Shown: piece by piece, positions 1 to 6,884 of the stretch
How the letters are laid out: each line of letters opens with the position of its first letter
Numbering within the stretch: position 1 is the stretch's first letter
Assembly: GCA_038248345.1 (NCBI GenBank)
Contig: JBBRXO010000059.1
Coordinates: 1 to 17,099, forward strand
Direction: 5' to 3'
Length of the DNA stretch: 17,099 nt
Source: Armatimonadota bacterium
GTDB lineage: Bacteria > Armatimonadota > Hebobacteria > CAIYQO01
Translations under genes and position numbers: made by a program
Notes under the pieces: model-generated
What the model was told of the DNA's origin: nothing
Seen by the model: the letters and a program-made list of their open reading frames with translations, nothing else
Databases searched by the model: none

Positions 1-684
1 CAGCATTAATAAGGTCATATTGAACGGATCAGGCGTGATTATGGCGGCCAATACCGCGATACCCACGATGGCAAAGCGCCATTGTTGCAATAATATTTTG
101 GGGGTAAGCATACGGAATGCGATGAGGCCGATGAGTACCACCGGGAGCTGGAAAGCTATTCCGAAGGTGAGCATCAACTTCAAGGGGAAGTTCAAGGAAT
201 TCTGGTAGTCAATATCCGCATAGACCCCTGCCGGGACGAACGAGAAGAAGAAGCGGGCGATGTTAGGCATCATCAGGTGGGCGACATATGCTCCCAGAAT
301 GAAGAGGAAGCAAATAGCCGGAACAATAGGAGCTATCGCTTTCCGTTCTTTCGACAATAATCCCGGCTTGATGAATGTCCACAATTGCCAAATAATTACC
401 GGTGTGGCCAATATAAGCCCGATCACGATGGCAAGCTTTCCCTGCGTGAAGAACGCCTCGCCAGGTTGTAGCGTGAACACTCGCCCCGGTTCCATCCCAG
501 GTCTAGGCGTTTTGACGATAGCCAATAAAGGCCCCGCCATAATCTCATAAGCATATGGAAAGACGATCCATCCTACCACCGCCCCAATAGTCACCGCCAG
601 CAGAATTAGCCCTAGCCTTTTCTGTAGCTCCATCAGGTGGCTGATCAATCCTTCTTCCTGGTCTTTTTTATGCTTCTTATTCAT
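1..684 (-). CDS. tatC: Twin-arginine translocase subunit TatC (3' end runs off the window)
   Basis: Not in the ORF track because it has no stop in the window. Hand translation of both ends from ATG at 684 gives MNKKHKKDQEEGLISHLMELQKRL (TatC HLxELRxRL-like motif) ... FGIAFQLPVVLIGLIAFRMLTPKILLQQWRFAIVGIAVLAAIITPDPFNMTLLML, which are typical TatC C-terminal TM motifs. Divergent from tatA. Confidence 0.95.
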   Translation of the reverse strand, partial: MNKKHKKDQEEGLISHLMELQKRLGLILLAVTIGAVVGWIVFPYAYEIMAGPLLAIVKTPRPGMEPGRVFTLQPGEAFFTQGKLAIVIGLILATPVIIWQLWTFIKPGLLSKERKAIAPIVPAICFLFILGAYVAHLMMPNIARFFFSFVPAGVYADIDYQNSLNFPLKLMLTFGIAFQLPVVLIGLIAFRMLTPKILLQQWRFAIVGIAVLAAIITPDPFNMTLLML

Positions 685-690
685 GCCTGA

Positions 691-719
691 ATCATATACC
701 TGCAACGAAAGTTTAGCAA
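691..719 (-). promoter_or_regulatory. Putative sigma70 promoter for tatC (TTGCTA-17-TATGAT), placing +1 at the start codon
   Basis: Minus strand reads TTGCTA aactttcgttgcaggta TATGAT tcaggc ATG: 17-nt spacer, 6 nt between -10 and ATG, no Shine-Dalgarno. Confidence 0.55.
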
Positions 720-832
720 ATACTTGAGTATAAAACAGACGTTTTTCTGTGAAAGAGGACTCATCGGACAAGTGTTTTCTAGAAATAATAGCGACTATTG
801 GATAAACAACAGATATTGCTGAACAAATTGGT

Positions 833-838
833 TATAAT
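833..838 (+). promoter_or_regulatory. Putative -10 element (TATAAT) for the tatA transcript
   Basis: Perfect TATAAT at the end of an AT-rich stretch, just before the structured region. No good -35 at 17 bp spacing. Confidence 0.4.
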
Positions 839-844
839 AGAGCT

Positions 845-1075
845 GTAAGGGAGTCCTGAATAGAATGAAGGACTCTTCCACCTTATCGCGGTGGTTGTGG
901 AACGTGGGAAGTGGATGTAGGAACCGTAGTACTTGACTCATTGCATCTGTTTGCCTGGGCTGATATTATTACCACCATGGACGCTAGGTGCGAGGGTAAC
1001 GCACCGCAGATACTAGTTAGAAGCTGGTTTTCTGGATGCAGAGAAGTAATCCGATCCAGAATAAAGGAGATAAGC
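845..1075 (+). ncRNA. Candidate structured 5' leader / cis-regulatory RNA upstream of tatA (family not recognised)
   Basis: Several hairpins: GAGTCCT 851-857/AGGACTC 869-875; CCACC 878-882/GGTGG 890-894; GGATGTAG 913-920/TTGCATCT 941-948; GGTGCG 987-992/CGCACC 1000-1005; TTCTGGAT 1030-1037/ATCCAGAA 1054-1061 next to the SD. Confidence 0.35.
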
Positions 1076-1300
1076 ATGTTATTTAAAGGTGAAGAGTGGC
1101 TTTTAATAATTATTTTAGTGATATTGCTCTTTGGCCCCAAACGTCTGCCCGATCTGGCGAAATCGTTTGGCGAAGGCCTGCGTGAGTTCAAAAAAGCTAT
1201 GAACAGCGAGGAAGAGGAAAAACCGACCGTAACGGCTACGCCAGTAGCGCCAGTGCCACCGACAGTACCTGAAGATGAAGTGCCAGCGAAAAAGGCTTAG
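1076..1300 (+). CDS. tatA: Twin-arginine translocase TatA/TatE family subunit (74 aa)
   Basis: MLFKGEEWLLIIILVILLFGPKRLPDLAKSFGEGLREFKKAM: N-terminal TM, FGPxxLP hinge, amphipathic helix ending in FKK. Strong SD AAAGGAG upstream of ATG 1076, so the true start is downstream of the ORF-track start at 911. Confidence 0.95.
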   Translation: MLFKGEEWLLIIILVILLFGPKRLPDLAKSFGEGLREFKKAMNSEEEEKPTVTATPVAPVPPTVPEDEVPAKKA

Positions 1301-1349
1301 GTCCCCTAACCTTCCTGTCTCCTTCCCTAAAAAGAAAGGGCTGGCAATT

Positions 1350-1378
1350 TGTAGAGGCGCAAGGTGTGCGCCTCTACA
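1350..1378. repeat. REP-like palindrome TGTAGAGGCGCA-AGGTG-TGCGCCTCTACA between convergent tatA and the small ORF
   Basis: Perfect 12-bp inverted repeat with GTAG/CTAC ends, typical of GTAG-class REP elements. Could also act as a bidirectional terminator or mRNA stabiliser. Confidence 0.75.
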
Positions 1379-1423
1379 GTTGAAATGTGGCAGAAGTCAA
1401 GTGTAGAATCATGCTATCACGTC

Positions 1424-1591
1424 TCATTTAACGCCTATTGGAGCACGGAAAAAATTAACAAACACATCTCTTATCTCAGGAACGATCACTAAAAGAATAA
1501 TGAATATTAATCCGATCATACATCCGACTGCATTTCCAATATCCTTTGCCCGTTCCTCTGGTGTTTTAGGATTTTGTGATTGTGGTCCCAT
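1424..1591 (-). CDS. Unannotated small membrane protein, 55 aa: MGPQSQNPKTPEERAKDIGNAVGCMIGLIFIILLVIVPEIRDVFVNFFRAPIGVK
   Basis: Below the ORF-track size cutoff. SD AAAGGAG (1599-1605) 7 nt before ATG 1591; TGA at 1424-1426; one hydrophobic segment; upstream near-consensus promoter. Confidence 0.75.
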   Translation of the reverse strand: MGPQSQNPKTPEERAKDIGNAVGCMIGLIFIILLVIVPEIRDVFVNFFRAPIGVK

Positions 1592-1664
1592 ATGTTAGCT
1601 CCTTTCTGATTGGATGTCTGTTTTCGCTTATATGCATTTATTTCTTCCTTAAAATATGTAACTG

Positions 1665-1693
1665 ATGGTAGCTTATGATAGCAACTTTGTCAA
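1665..1693 (-). promoter_or_regulatory. sigma70-type promoter for the small ORF (TTGACA-17-TACCAT)
   Basis: Minus strand: TTGACA (1693-1688) aagttgctatcataagc (17 nt) TACCAT (1670-1665). Perfect -35; -10 keeps the key T, A and final T. Confidence 0.7.
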
Positions 1694-1740
1694 TGGGAGT
1701 ATATTTACCTTCAGGAGAATCGTTATTAGTGATAAAAACT

Positions 1741-1758
1741 TTGTGCATTATGACACAA
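1741..1758. promoter_or_regulatory. Rex-like operator TTGTGCATTATGACACAA upstream of hypF
   Basis: 18-bp TTGTG-N8-CACAA palindrome matching 11 of 14 defined positions of the Rex consensus TTGTGAA-N4-TTCACAA; 33 nt upstream of hypF. Confidence 0.5.
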
Positions 1759-1791
1759 GCGACAATCATAACAGTGTAAGGATAACCGCCC

Positions 1792-4095
1792 ATGGGAACC
1801 ATTGATAACAAGGATATGTTACCGCAGCGATGGCGCATAGTTGTGGGCGGTACTGTGCAAGGGGTGGGATTCCGCCCCTTCATCTACCAATTAGCCGCCG
1901 CGCATCAGCTCGCTGGCTGGGTATGCAATACCGGCGACGGTGTGCTTATCGAAGTAGAAGGGCTGGCAGCGTCAGTACGGCAATTCTACGCCGATATTAC
2001 CGGCAAAGCCCCACCACTGGCGCGTATTGCCGATATTATTAATGAAGAGATTGCTCCGTTGCAGGAGCTGTCTTTCCGCATTATCGAGAGTTCTGGGCGC
2101 TCGCAGTCCAAAGCCGGGATACCACCGGACATCGCCACTTGTGCCGATTGTCGCGCGGATATCAGCGATCCGGCTAACCGCCGCTATCAGTACCCGTTCA
2201 CTAACTGCACTAACTGCGGTCCGCGCTTCACCATCATCCGTGAGTTACCCTATGACCGCCCGCTCACTACCATGCGCGATTTTGTCATGTGCCCGGTCTG
2301 CCAGGCGGAGTACGAAGACCCGATGAATCGCCGCTTCCATGCGCAACCCAACGCCTGCCCGGTGTGCGGCCCCCATCTGCAATGGGACGACCAGCGCGGA
2401 GTAGATGACGCCTGGGCGATATCCCAGACGGTGGCCGCGCTACGCGCCGGTGAGGTTATTGCGCTGAAAGGTCTGGGTGGCTACCACCTGGCCTGCGATG
2501 CCCGTAATGAGGCGGCAGTGGCGACGCTGCGCGAACGCAAAGGGCGCGCCGGCAAACCCTTCGCCGTGATGTGCCCGGATCTGGAAGCTACTCGGCAACT
2601 CTGTGATGTTGATGCAGCTGCAGAGCGGATATTGCTCTCCCCGGAACACCCTATTCTGCTCTTGCCGAAACATAGCGGCTACAACCTGGCTTCGCAGGTG
2701 GCGCCGGAGCTTAATACCCTGGGGGTGATGCTCCCCTATACCCCCCTGCACACTATTCTGCTGGCGGAGTTCGGTGGTACGCTGGTGATGACCAGTGGGA
2801 ACTTGAGCGAGGAACCTATCGCCTACGAGGACGCCGATGCGCATGAACGCCTGGGGCGGTTGGCGGATCATTTCCTCACTCATACGCGCCCCATACATCT
2901 GGCGTGTGATGATTCGGTGGCGCGTGTATTCCAGGGTAAGGAGGCGCTGAACCGCCGCGCCCGCGGCTATGTCCCGCAGTCGCTGGACGTGTCTGATGAT
3001 GAGTTGCCGCAAGTATTGGCCTGCGGCGGTGACCTGAAGAACACCTTCTGCCTGACACGCGGCCACACTGCGCTGCTGAGCCAGCACCTGGGCGACCTGG
3101 AGAACCCCGTCACTTTGGCGCACTTCGAGCATGTGTTGCAGCATTTTTGCGCTTTTTATGATGTTAGGCCGAAGATCATCGCCCACGATCTGCATCCCGA
3201 CTACCACTCTACCCGCCTTGCGCTGGCGCAGGGCACCGGACCAAAGATCGCTGTACAACACCACCACGCGCACATCGTTGGCTGTATGGCAGAACATCGG
3301 CTGCAAGGCCCGGTAATTGGGGTAGCTTTTGACGGCACAGGATATGGAACTGATGGTACAATCTGGGGTGGGGAGATATTGATCGCTGATGAGGAGAATT
3401 TCCGGCGGGCTGCTCATCTCAAGCCGATAGCCTTGCCCGGAGGCGATGCCGCAACGCGAAGACCAGAACGCATCGCGCTGGCCTATCTGCTCAACGCAGG
3501 CCTGGGGCTAGCGGAAGCGCGGGCGGCGGTGCCGGGATTGTCAGAGATGGAGGCGTCCATTATTCAACAGCAGATTACGCGTGGTATCAATGCACCGCTC
3601 ACCAGTAGTATGGGGCGTTTGTTCGATGCAGTGTCCGCATTGTTGGGTATTTGTGCCGATGTATCCTATGAAGGACAGGCGGCTATTGAGCTTGAAATTG
3701 CTGCGCTTGGAATACGACAAAATGGGGTATATTCATATGACCTTGAAAAACAAGCTGATAGTAATATAGTTATGAATATTGCCCCGTTGATCAAGGAGCT
3801 GGTGATGAACCGGGATATGGAAACCAAAGCGAATCTGGCCTACGGTTTCCACCGTACCATTGCGGAGATGACAGCCGAAGTATGTTGCCAGCAACGTGAT
3901 ATGGAACAGATAAACCGGGTCGTGCTCAGTGGCGGCGTATTTCAGAATATGCTATTGCTGGAGATGATCAGTCAGATATTGACAGCGAAGGGATTTGAGG
4001 TGTTTTTCCCCTCACTTATCCCCTGTAATGATGGCGGCATATCGCTGGGACAAGCGATGATTGCTGCAAGGAGGTATCAACGATCATGTGTTTAG
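1792..4095 (+). CDS. hypF: [NiFe]-hydrogenase maturation carbamoyltransferase HypF
   Basis: Acylphosphatase domain (GxVQGVGFRPF), two Zn fingers (CADC...CTNCGPR; CPVC...CPVCGP), YrdC-like KGLGGYHL, HHHAH, DGTGYG and NDGGISLGQ motifs. SD TAAGGA. Confidence 0.98.
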   Translation: MGTIDNKDMLPQRWRIVVGGTVQGVGFRPFIYQLAAAHQLAGWVCNTGDGVLIEVEGLAASVRQFYADITGKAPPLARIADIINEEIAPLQELSFRIIESSGRSQSKAGIPPDIATCADCRADISDPANRRYQYPFTNCTNCGPRFTIIRELPYDRPLTTMRDFVMCPVCQAEYEDPMNRRFHAQPNACPVCGPHLQWDDQRGVDDAWAISQTVAALRAGEVIALKGLGGYHLACDARNEAAVATLRERKGRAGKPFAVMCPDLEATRQLCDVDAAAERILLSPEHPILLLPKHSGYNLASQVAPELNTLGVMLPYTPLHTILLAEFGGTLVMTSGNLSEEPIAYEDADAHERLGRLADHFLTHTRPIHLACDDSVARVFQGKEALNRRARGYVPQSLDVSDDELPQVLACGGDLKNTFCLTRGHTALLSQHLGDLENPVTLAHFEHVLQHFCAFYDVRPKIIAHDLHPDYHSTRLALAQGTGPKIAVQHHHAHIVGCMAEHRLQGPVIGVAFDGTGYGTDGTIWGGEILIADEENFRRAAHLKPIALPGGDAATRRPERIALAYLLNAGLGLAEARAAVPGLSEMEASIIQQQITRGINAPLTSSMGRLFDAVSALLGICADVSYEGQAAIELEIAALGIRQNGVYSYDLEKQADSNIVMNIAPLIKELVMNRDMETKANLAYGFHRTIAEMTAEVCCQQRDMEQINRVVLSGGVFQNMLLLEMISQILTAKGFEVFFPSLIPCNDGGISLGQAMIAARRYQRSCV

Positions 4096-4307
4096 CAATA
4101 CCGATGAAAGTAATTGAGTTGGATGGTATACAAGCCACGGTTGAGCAGGAAGGCGTCACGCGCAATATCCGCGTAGATTTCCTCAACGACCTGAAATTGG
4201 GCGAGTACGTGCTAGTCCATGCCGGTGTGGCGATCGAGCGTATTGGCGAAGAGGAAGCCGCCGAGACGTTGCAGCTGATTAAGGAGCTGTGCGATGAAAC
4301 ACCTTGA
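4086..4307 (+). CDS. hypC: Hydrogenase assembly chaperone HypC/HupF
   Basis: N-terminal MCLAIP and GEYVLVHAGVAI; overlaps the hypF stop. Confidence 0.97.
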   Translation: MCLAIPMKVIELDGIQATVEQEGVTRNIRVDFLNDLKLGEYVLVHAGVAIERIGEEEAAETLQLIKELCDETP

Positions 4308-5385
4308 CGAATTTCGCGATGGCAAGACTGCGCGTGAGTTGGGCGACCAGATCACCCGGTTGGCTACACAGCCGATGCGCTTTATGGAGGTCTGTGGCAC
4401 CCATACCATGGCGATAGCCCGGCACGGCCTCAAGGCGCTATTGCCTGACACCGTGAAGTTAATCTCCGGCCCCGGTTGCCCGGTGTGCGTCACCCCGCAG
4501 ATTGATATCGACCGCTTCATGGCGATGGGCGCGATTCCCGACGTAATATTGACGAGTTTCGGCGATATGTTGCGCGTGCCGGGAAGCCATACTACGCTGG
4601 AGAGGAAACGTGCCGAAGGTGTGGATGTGCGTATTGTCTACGGCCCGCTGGATGCTGTGAAGTTGGCGCAGGATAATCCTGACCGGAAAGTCATCTTCTG
4701 TGGCGTGGGCTTTGAGACTACCGCTCCCACCGTGGCATTGGCGATCAAAGATGCCCAGCGGCTGGGATTGCAGAACTTCTTCGTCTACTGCGCCCATAAG
4801 ACTATGCCGGAGGCGTTGATGGCGTTGGCCTGCGATCCGGAATCGGCTATTGATGGTTTCCTTTGTCCCGGACACGTGAGCTCTATCATTGGCAGCGATA
4901 CCTACATCCCCATCGCCCAAGAGTCGCATACGCCGTGTGTCATCGCCGGCTTTGAGCCGCTGGATATGCTGCAGGCAATCCTTATGCTGGTAAAACAAGT
5001 GATGGAAGGCCGGGCGGAAGTGGAAGTACCTTACAATCGTGTGGTTGCACCAAAGGGGAATCCACTGGCGTTGGCGGCTATTGAAGAGGTGTTTTGCCCC
5101 AGTGACGCCGAGTGGCGCGGCCTGGGCGTTATCCCCGGCAGTGGCCTGGCGATACGGCCCGAGTTCGCGGCTTTCGATGCGCTACAATTTTTACCGGAGC
5201 TGGGCGAAATCCCCACCCCGAAACCCACCGCCTGCGAATGCGGGCAGATATTGAAGGGGCGGAAGTCACCCCAGGAGTGCCACGCCTTCGGCAAAGCCTG
5301 CACCCCGATGAATCCGGTAGGCCCATGTATGGTCAGCAGCGAAGGCGCCTGCGCCGCCGCATACCGCTTCGCTCCGCCTACGTAA
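4294..5385 (+). CDS. hypD: Hydrogenase formation protein HypD
   Basis: EVCGTHT, GPGCPVC, GFETT, PGHVS and C-terminal Fe-S Cys motif (CECG...C...C...GPCMVSSEGAC). Confidence 0.98.
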   Translation: MKHLDEFRDGKTARELGDQITRLATQPMRFMEVCGTHTMAIARHGLKALLPDTVKLISGPGCPVCVTPQIDIDRFMAMGAIPDVILTSFGDMLRVPGSHTTLERKRAEGVDVRIVYGPLDAVKLAQDNPDRKVIFCGVGFETTAPTVALAIKDAQRLGLQNFFVYCAHKTMPEALMALACDPESAIDGFLCPGHVSSIIGSDTYIPIAQESHTPCVIAGFEPLDMLQAILMLVKQVMEGRAEVEVPYNRVVAPKGNPLALAAIEEVFCPSDAEWRGLGVIPGSGLAIRPEFAAFDALQFLPELGEIPTPKPTACECGQILKGRKSPQECHAFGKACTPMNPVGPCMVSSEGACAAAYRFAPPT

Positions 5386-5387
5386 TC

Positions 5388-5419
5388 CGTGGCATGGGCG
5401 TCCCGCCCATGAGAACGGG
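5388..5419 (+). repeat. REP-like element GTGG-CATGGGCG-TCC-CGCCCATG-AGAACGGG (copy 1)
   Basis: 8-bp perfect stem directly after the hypD stop; 30/32 identical to 6700-6731. Confidence 0.8.
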
Positions 5420-5509
5420 CAAATAATAGATAATGTCGAAACGGAAGGATATAGTAATGAAGCGATTTTCATTATTTGGAGATGAATATCTGATATCGCA
5501 GGAAGCCTT

Positions 5510-5605
5510 AGCCCAGCCGTGAACGACTGGGCTGGAGGGTCTTCGACCAATCGCCCTTCGGGCGGGACGGTCAAGGTTAAGCCGTCCCGTCCGAAGGACG
5601 ATTGG
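5510..5605. repeat. Composite palindromic element: small hairpin (5510-5533) plus 24-bp inverted repeat (5547-5570/5582-5605)
   Basis: AGCCCAG...CTGGGCT hairpin, then CCAATCGCCCTTCGGGCGGGACGG / CCGTCCCGTCCGAAGGACGATTGG (22/24 complementary); each arm contains its own mini-hairpin. Confidence 0.7.
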
Positions 5606-5680
5606 CTGATGGGTACGAATACCCTAAACAAACCTTGGAACTTGGAATTTAGAACTATACCCGTAGAAAGGACAAACACC

Positions 5681-6694
5681 ATGACTGATCAAATAATTCT
5701 GCTGGCGCACGGCGCCGGTGGCTTAAAAAGCGCGGAACTGCTGAAAGAGGTCTTCCTGCCGGAGTTCGGCAACGCTACCCTGGCGCAGTTGGGCGATGCG
5801 GCGGTGCTGGATGCCGGTGGGGGCAAGATAGCTTTCACCACTGATAGCTTCGTCATTGATCCGATAGAGTTCCCCGGCGGCAACATCGGCAAGTTGGCTA
5901 TCTGCGGCACCGTGAATGATCTGGCCGCCGCTGGCGCCACCCCCATCGCCATCAGCGCCGCCTTTATCCTTGAGGAGGGCCTGCCCTACGACGTGCTGCG
6001 TCGTATTGTGGCCGCCATGGCGCGCACAGCCGAGGCGGCGGGCGTGCCGATTGTTACTGGTGATACCAAGGTCGTGCCGCGCGGCTCTGCTGATAAGATC
6101 TTCATTAATACCACCGGCATTGGCACGCTGCCCACCGGGCGCACTTTGCCCGCGCCGGATCGTGCGGCAGCGGGGGACGCCATTATCCTTAGCGGCACTC
6201 TCGCCGACCACGGCATGGCCATTATGACCTCACGCGAGGGGTTGGTATTCCCGTCAGCCATAGAATCCGACTGCGCCCCGCTGGCCAATATGGTGGCGGC
6301 GGTGATGGCAGTGGTGCCGGATGTCCACTGTATGCGTGACCCCACTCGTGGCGGCCTGGCGGCTGTGCTCAATGAACTCGCCGGGCAATCAGGCGTCGGC
6401 ATGGAGGTGAAAGATGACGATATCCCGATTCACGCTGATGTCAGGGTGGCTTGCGAGCTTCTCGGCATTGACCCGCTACATGTTGCTAATGAAGGAAAGA
6501 TGGTGTTTATCCTGCCAGCGGAGAGCGCGGATGCGGCCATAGCCGCGTTGCACGCCCACCCCCTGGGCAAAGATGCCGCCGTCATCGGCCACGTCACCGC
6601 CGGGCCAACAGGTAGAGTCCACGTCCGCACCGCCCTCGGCAGCCTGCGCATCCTAGATATCCCGGCGGGTGACATCCTGCCGCGTATCTGCTGA
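5681..6694 (+). CDS. hypE: Hydrogenase maturation carbamoyl dehydratase HypE (337 aa)
   Basis: MTDQIILLAHGAGG start with SD GAAAGGA; FTTDSF, GTVNDLA, GDTKVV, MRDPTRGG, ANEGK and invariant C-terminal PRIC. The ORF-track start at 5519 runs through repeat DNA. Confidence 0.98.
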   Translation: MTDQIILLAHGAGGLKSAELLKEVFLPEFGNATLAQLGDAAVLDAGGGKIAFTTDSFVIDPIEFPGGNIGKLAICGTVNDLAAAGATPIAISAAFILEEGLPYDVLRRIVAAMARTAEAAGVPIVTGDTKVVPRGSADKIFINTTGIGTLPTGRTLPAPDRAAAGDAIILSGTLADHGMAIMTSREGLVFPSAIESDCAPLANMVAAVMAVVPDVHCMRDPTRGGLAAVLNELAGQSGVGMEVKDDDIPIHADVRVACELLGIDPLHVANEGKMVFILPAESADAAIAALHAHPLGKDAAVIGHVTAGPTGRVHVRTALGSLRILDIPAGDILPRIC

Positions 6695-6699
6695 AGCCT

Positions 6700-6731
6700 C
6701 GTAGCATGGGCGTCCCGCCCATGAGAGCGGG
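6700..6731 (+). repeat. REP-like element GTAG-CATGGGCG-TCC-CGCCCATG-AGAGCGGG (copy 2)
   Basis: Direct repeat of 5388-5419, immediately after the hypE stop; GTAG tetranucleotide followed by a palindrome. Confidence 0.8.
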
Positions 6732-6810
6732 GTCTTGATGCAGGTTGTCAAAACAGAGTTGTCTGGAAGGATGCCAAACCTTAGCGCGGCCTTGCTGGGG
6801 AATACCACAC

Positions 6811-6876
6811 TGTAGCCTGCGCCCGCTGTGGCGCGTATTTGCATACAACAGCGCGCCACGGCGGGCGCGGGCTACA
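6811..6876. repeat. REPIN-like inverted doublet (GTAG class), 25-bp arms
   Basis: TGTAGCCTGCGCCCGCTGTGGCGCG (6811-6835) / CGCGCCACGGCGGGCGCGGGCTACA (6852-6876), 23/25 complementary; each arm has an internal GCGCC..GGCGC hairpin. Confidence 0.75.
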
Positions 6877-6884
6877 ATTCCCCG

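Noticed and set aside
20..550. Plus-strand ORFs 20-208 and 260-550
   Set aside because: Antisense shadows of tatC, which has clear family motifs on the minus strand.
882..1074. SAM-I, ZTP or yybP riboswitch in the tatA leader (CTTATC...GATAAG, GCCTGGGC, AGGGAGT)
   Set aside because: Only isolated fragments match; core conserved motifs such as SAM-I GAGGGA/GCAACC and ZTP GACTGRCG are absent.
911..1075. 55-codon in-frame N-terminal extension of TatA
   Set aside because: TatA normally begins at its TM helix, a strong SD precedes ATG 1076, and the extension has no recognisable features.
1301..1345. Pyrimidine-rich stretch with an imperfect CCTTCCCT/AGAAAGG hairpin after tatA
   Set aside because: Weak stem, no U-tract and single copy; at most a decayed repeat.
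1638..1883. 81-aa minus-strand ORF
   Set aside because: Overlaps the hypF start and runs through promoter DNA; no recognisable motifs.
2440..3417. 325-aa antisense ORF within hypF, and similar antisense ORFs in hypD, hypE, glnS and the macroglobulin gene
   Set aside because: Expected shadow frames of GC-rich coding DNA; no independent motifs.
5455..5522. 21-codon ORF MKRFSLFGDEYLISQEALAQP with a weak SD, and palindrome TAATGAA-N6-TTCATTA (5455-5474)
   Set aside because: Too short, and it ends inside a repeat. The palindrome spacing does not fit Fur-family boxes, so neither is supportable.
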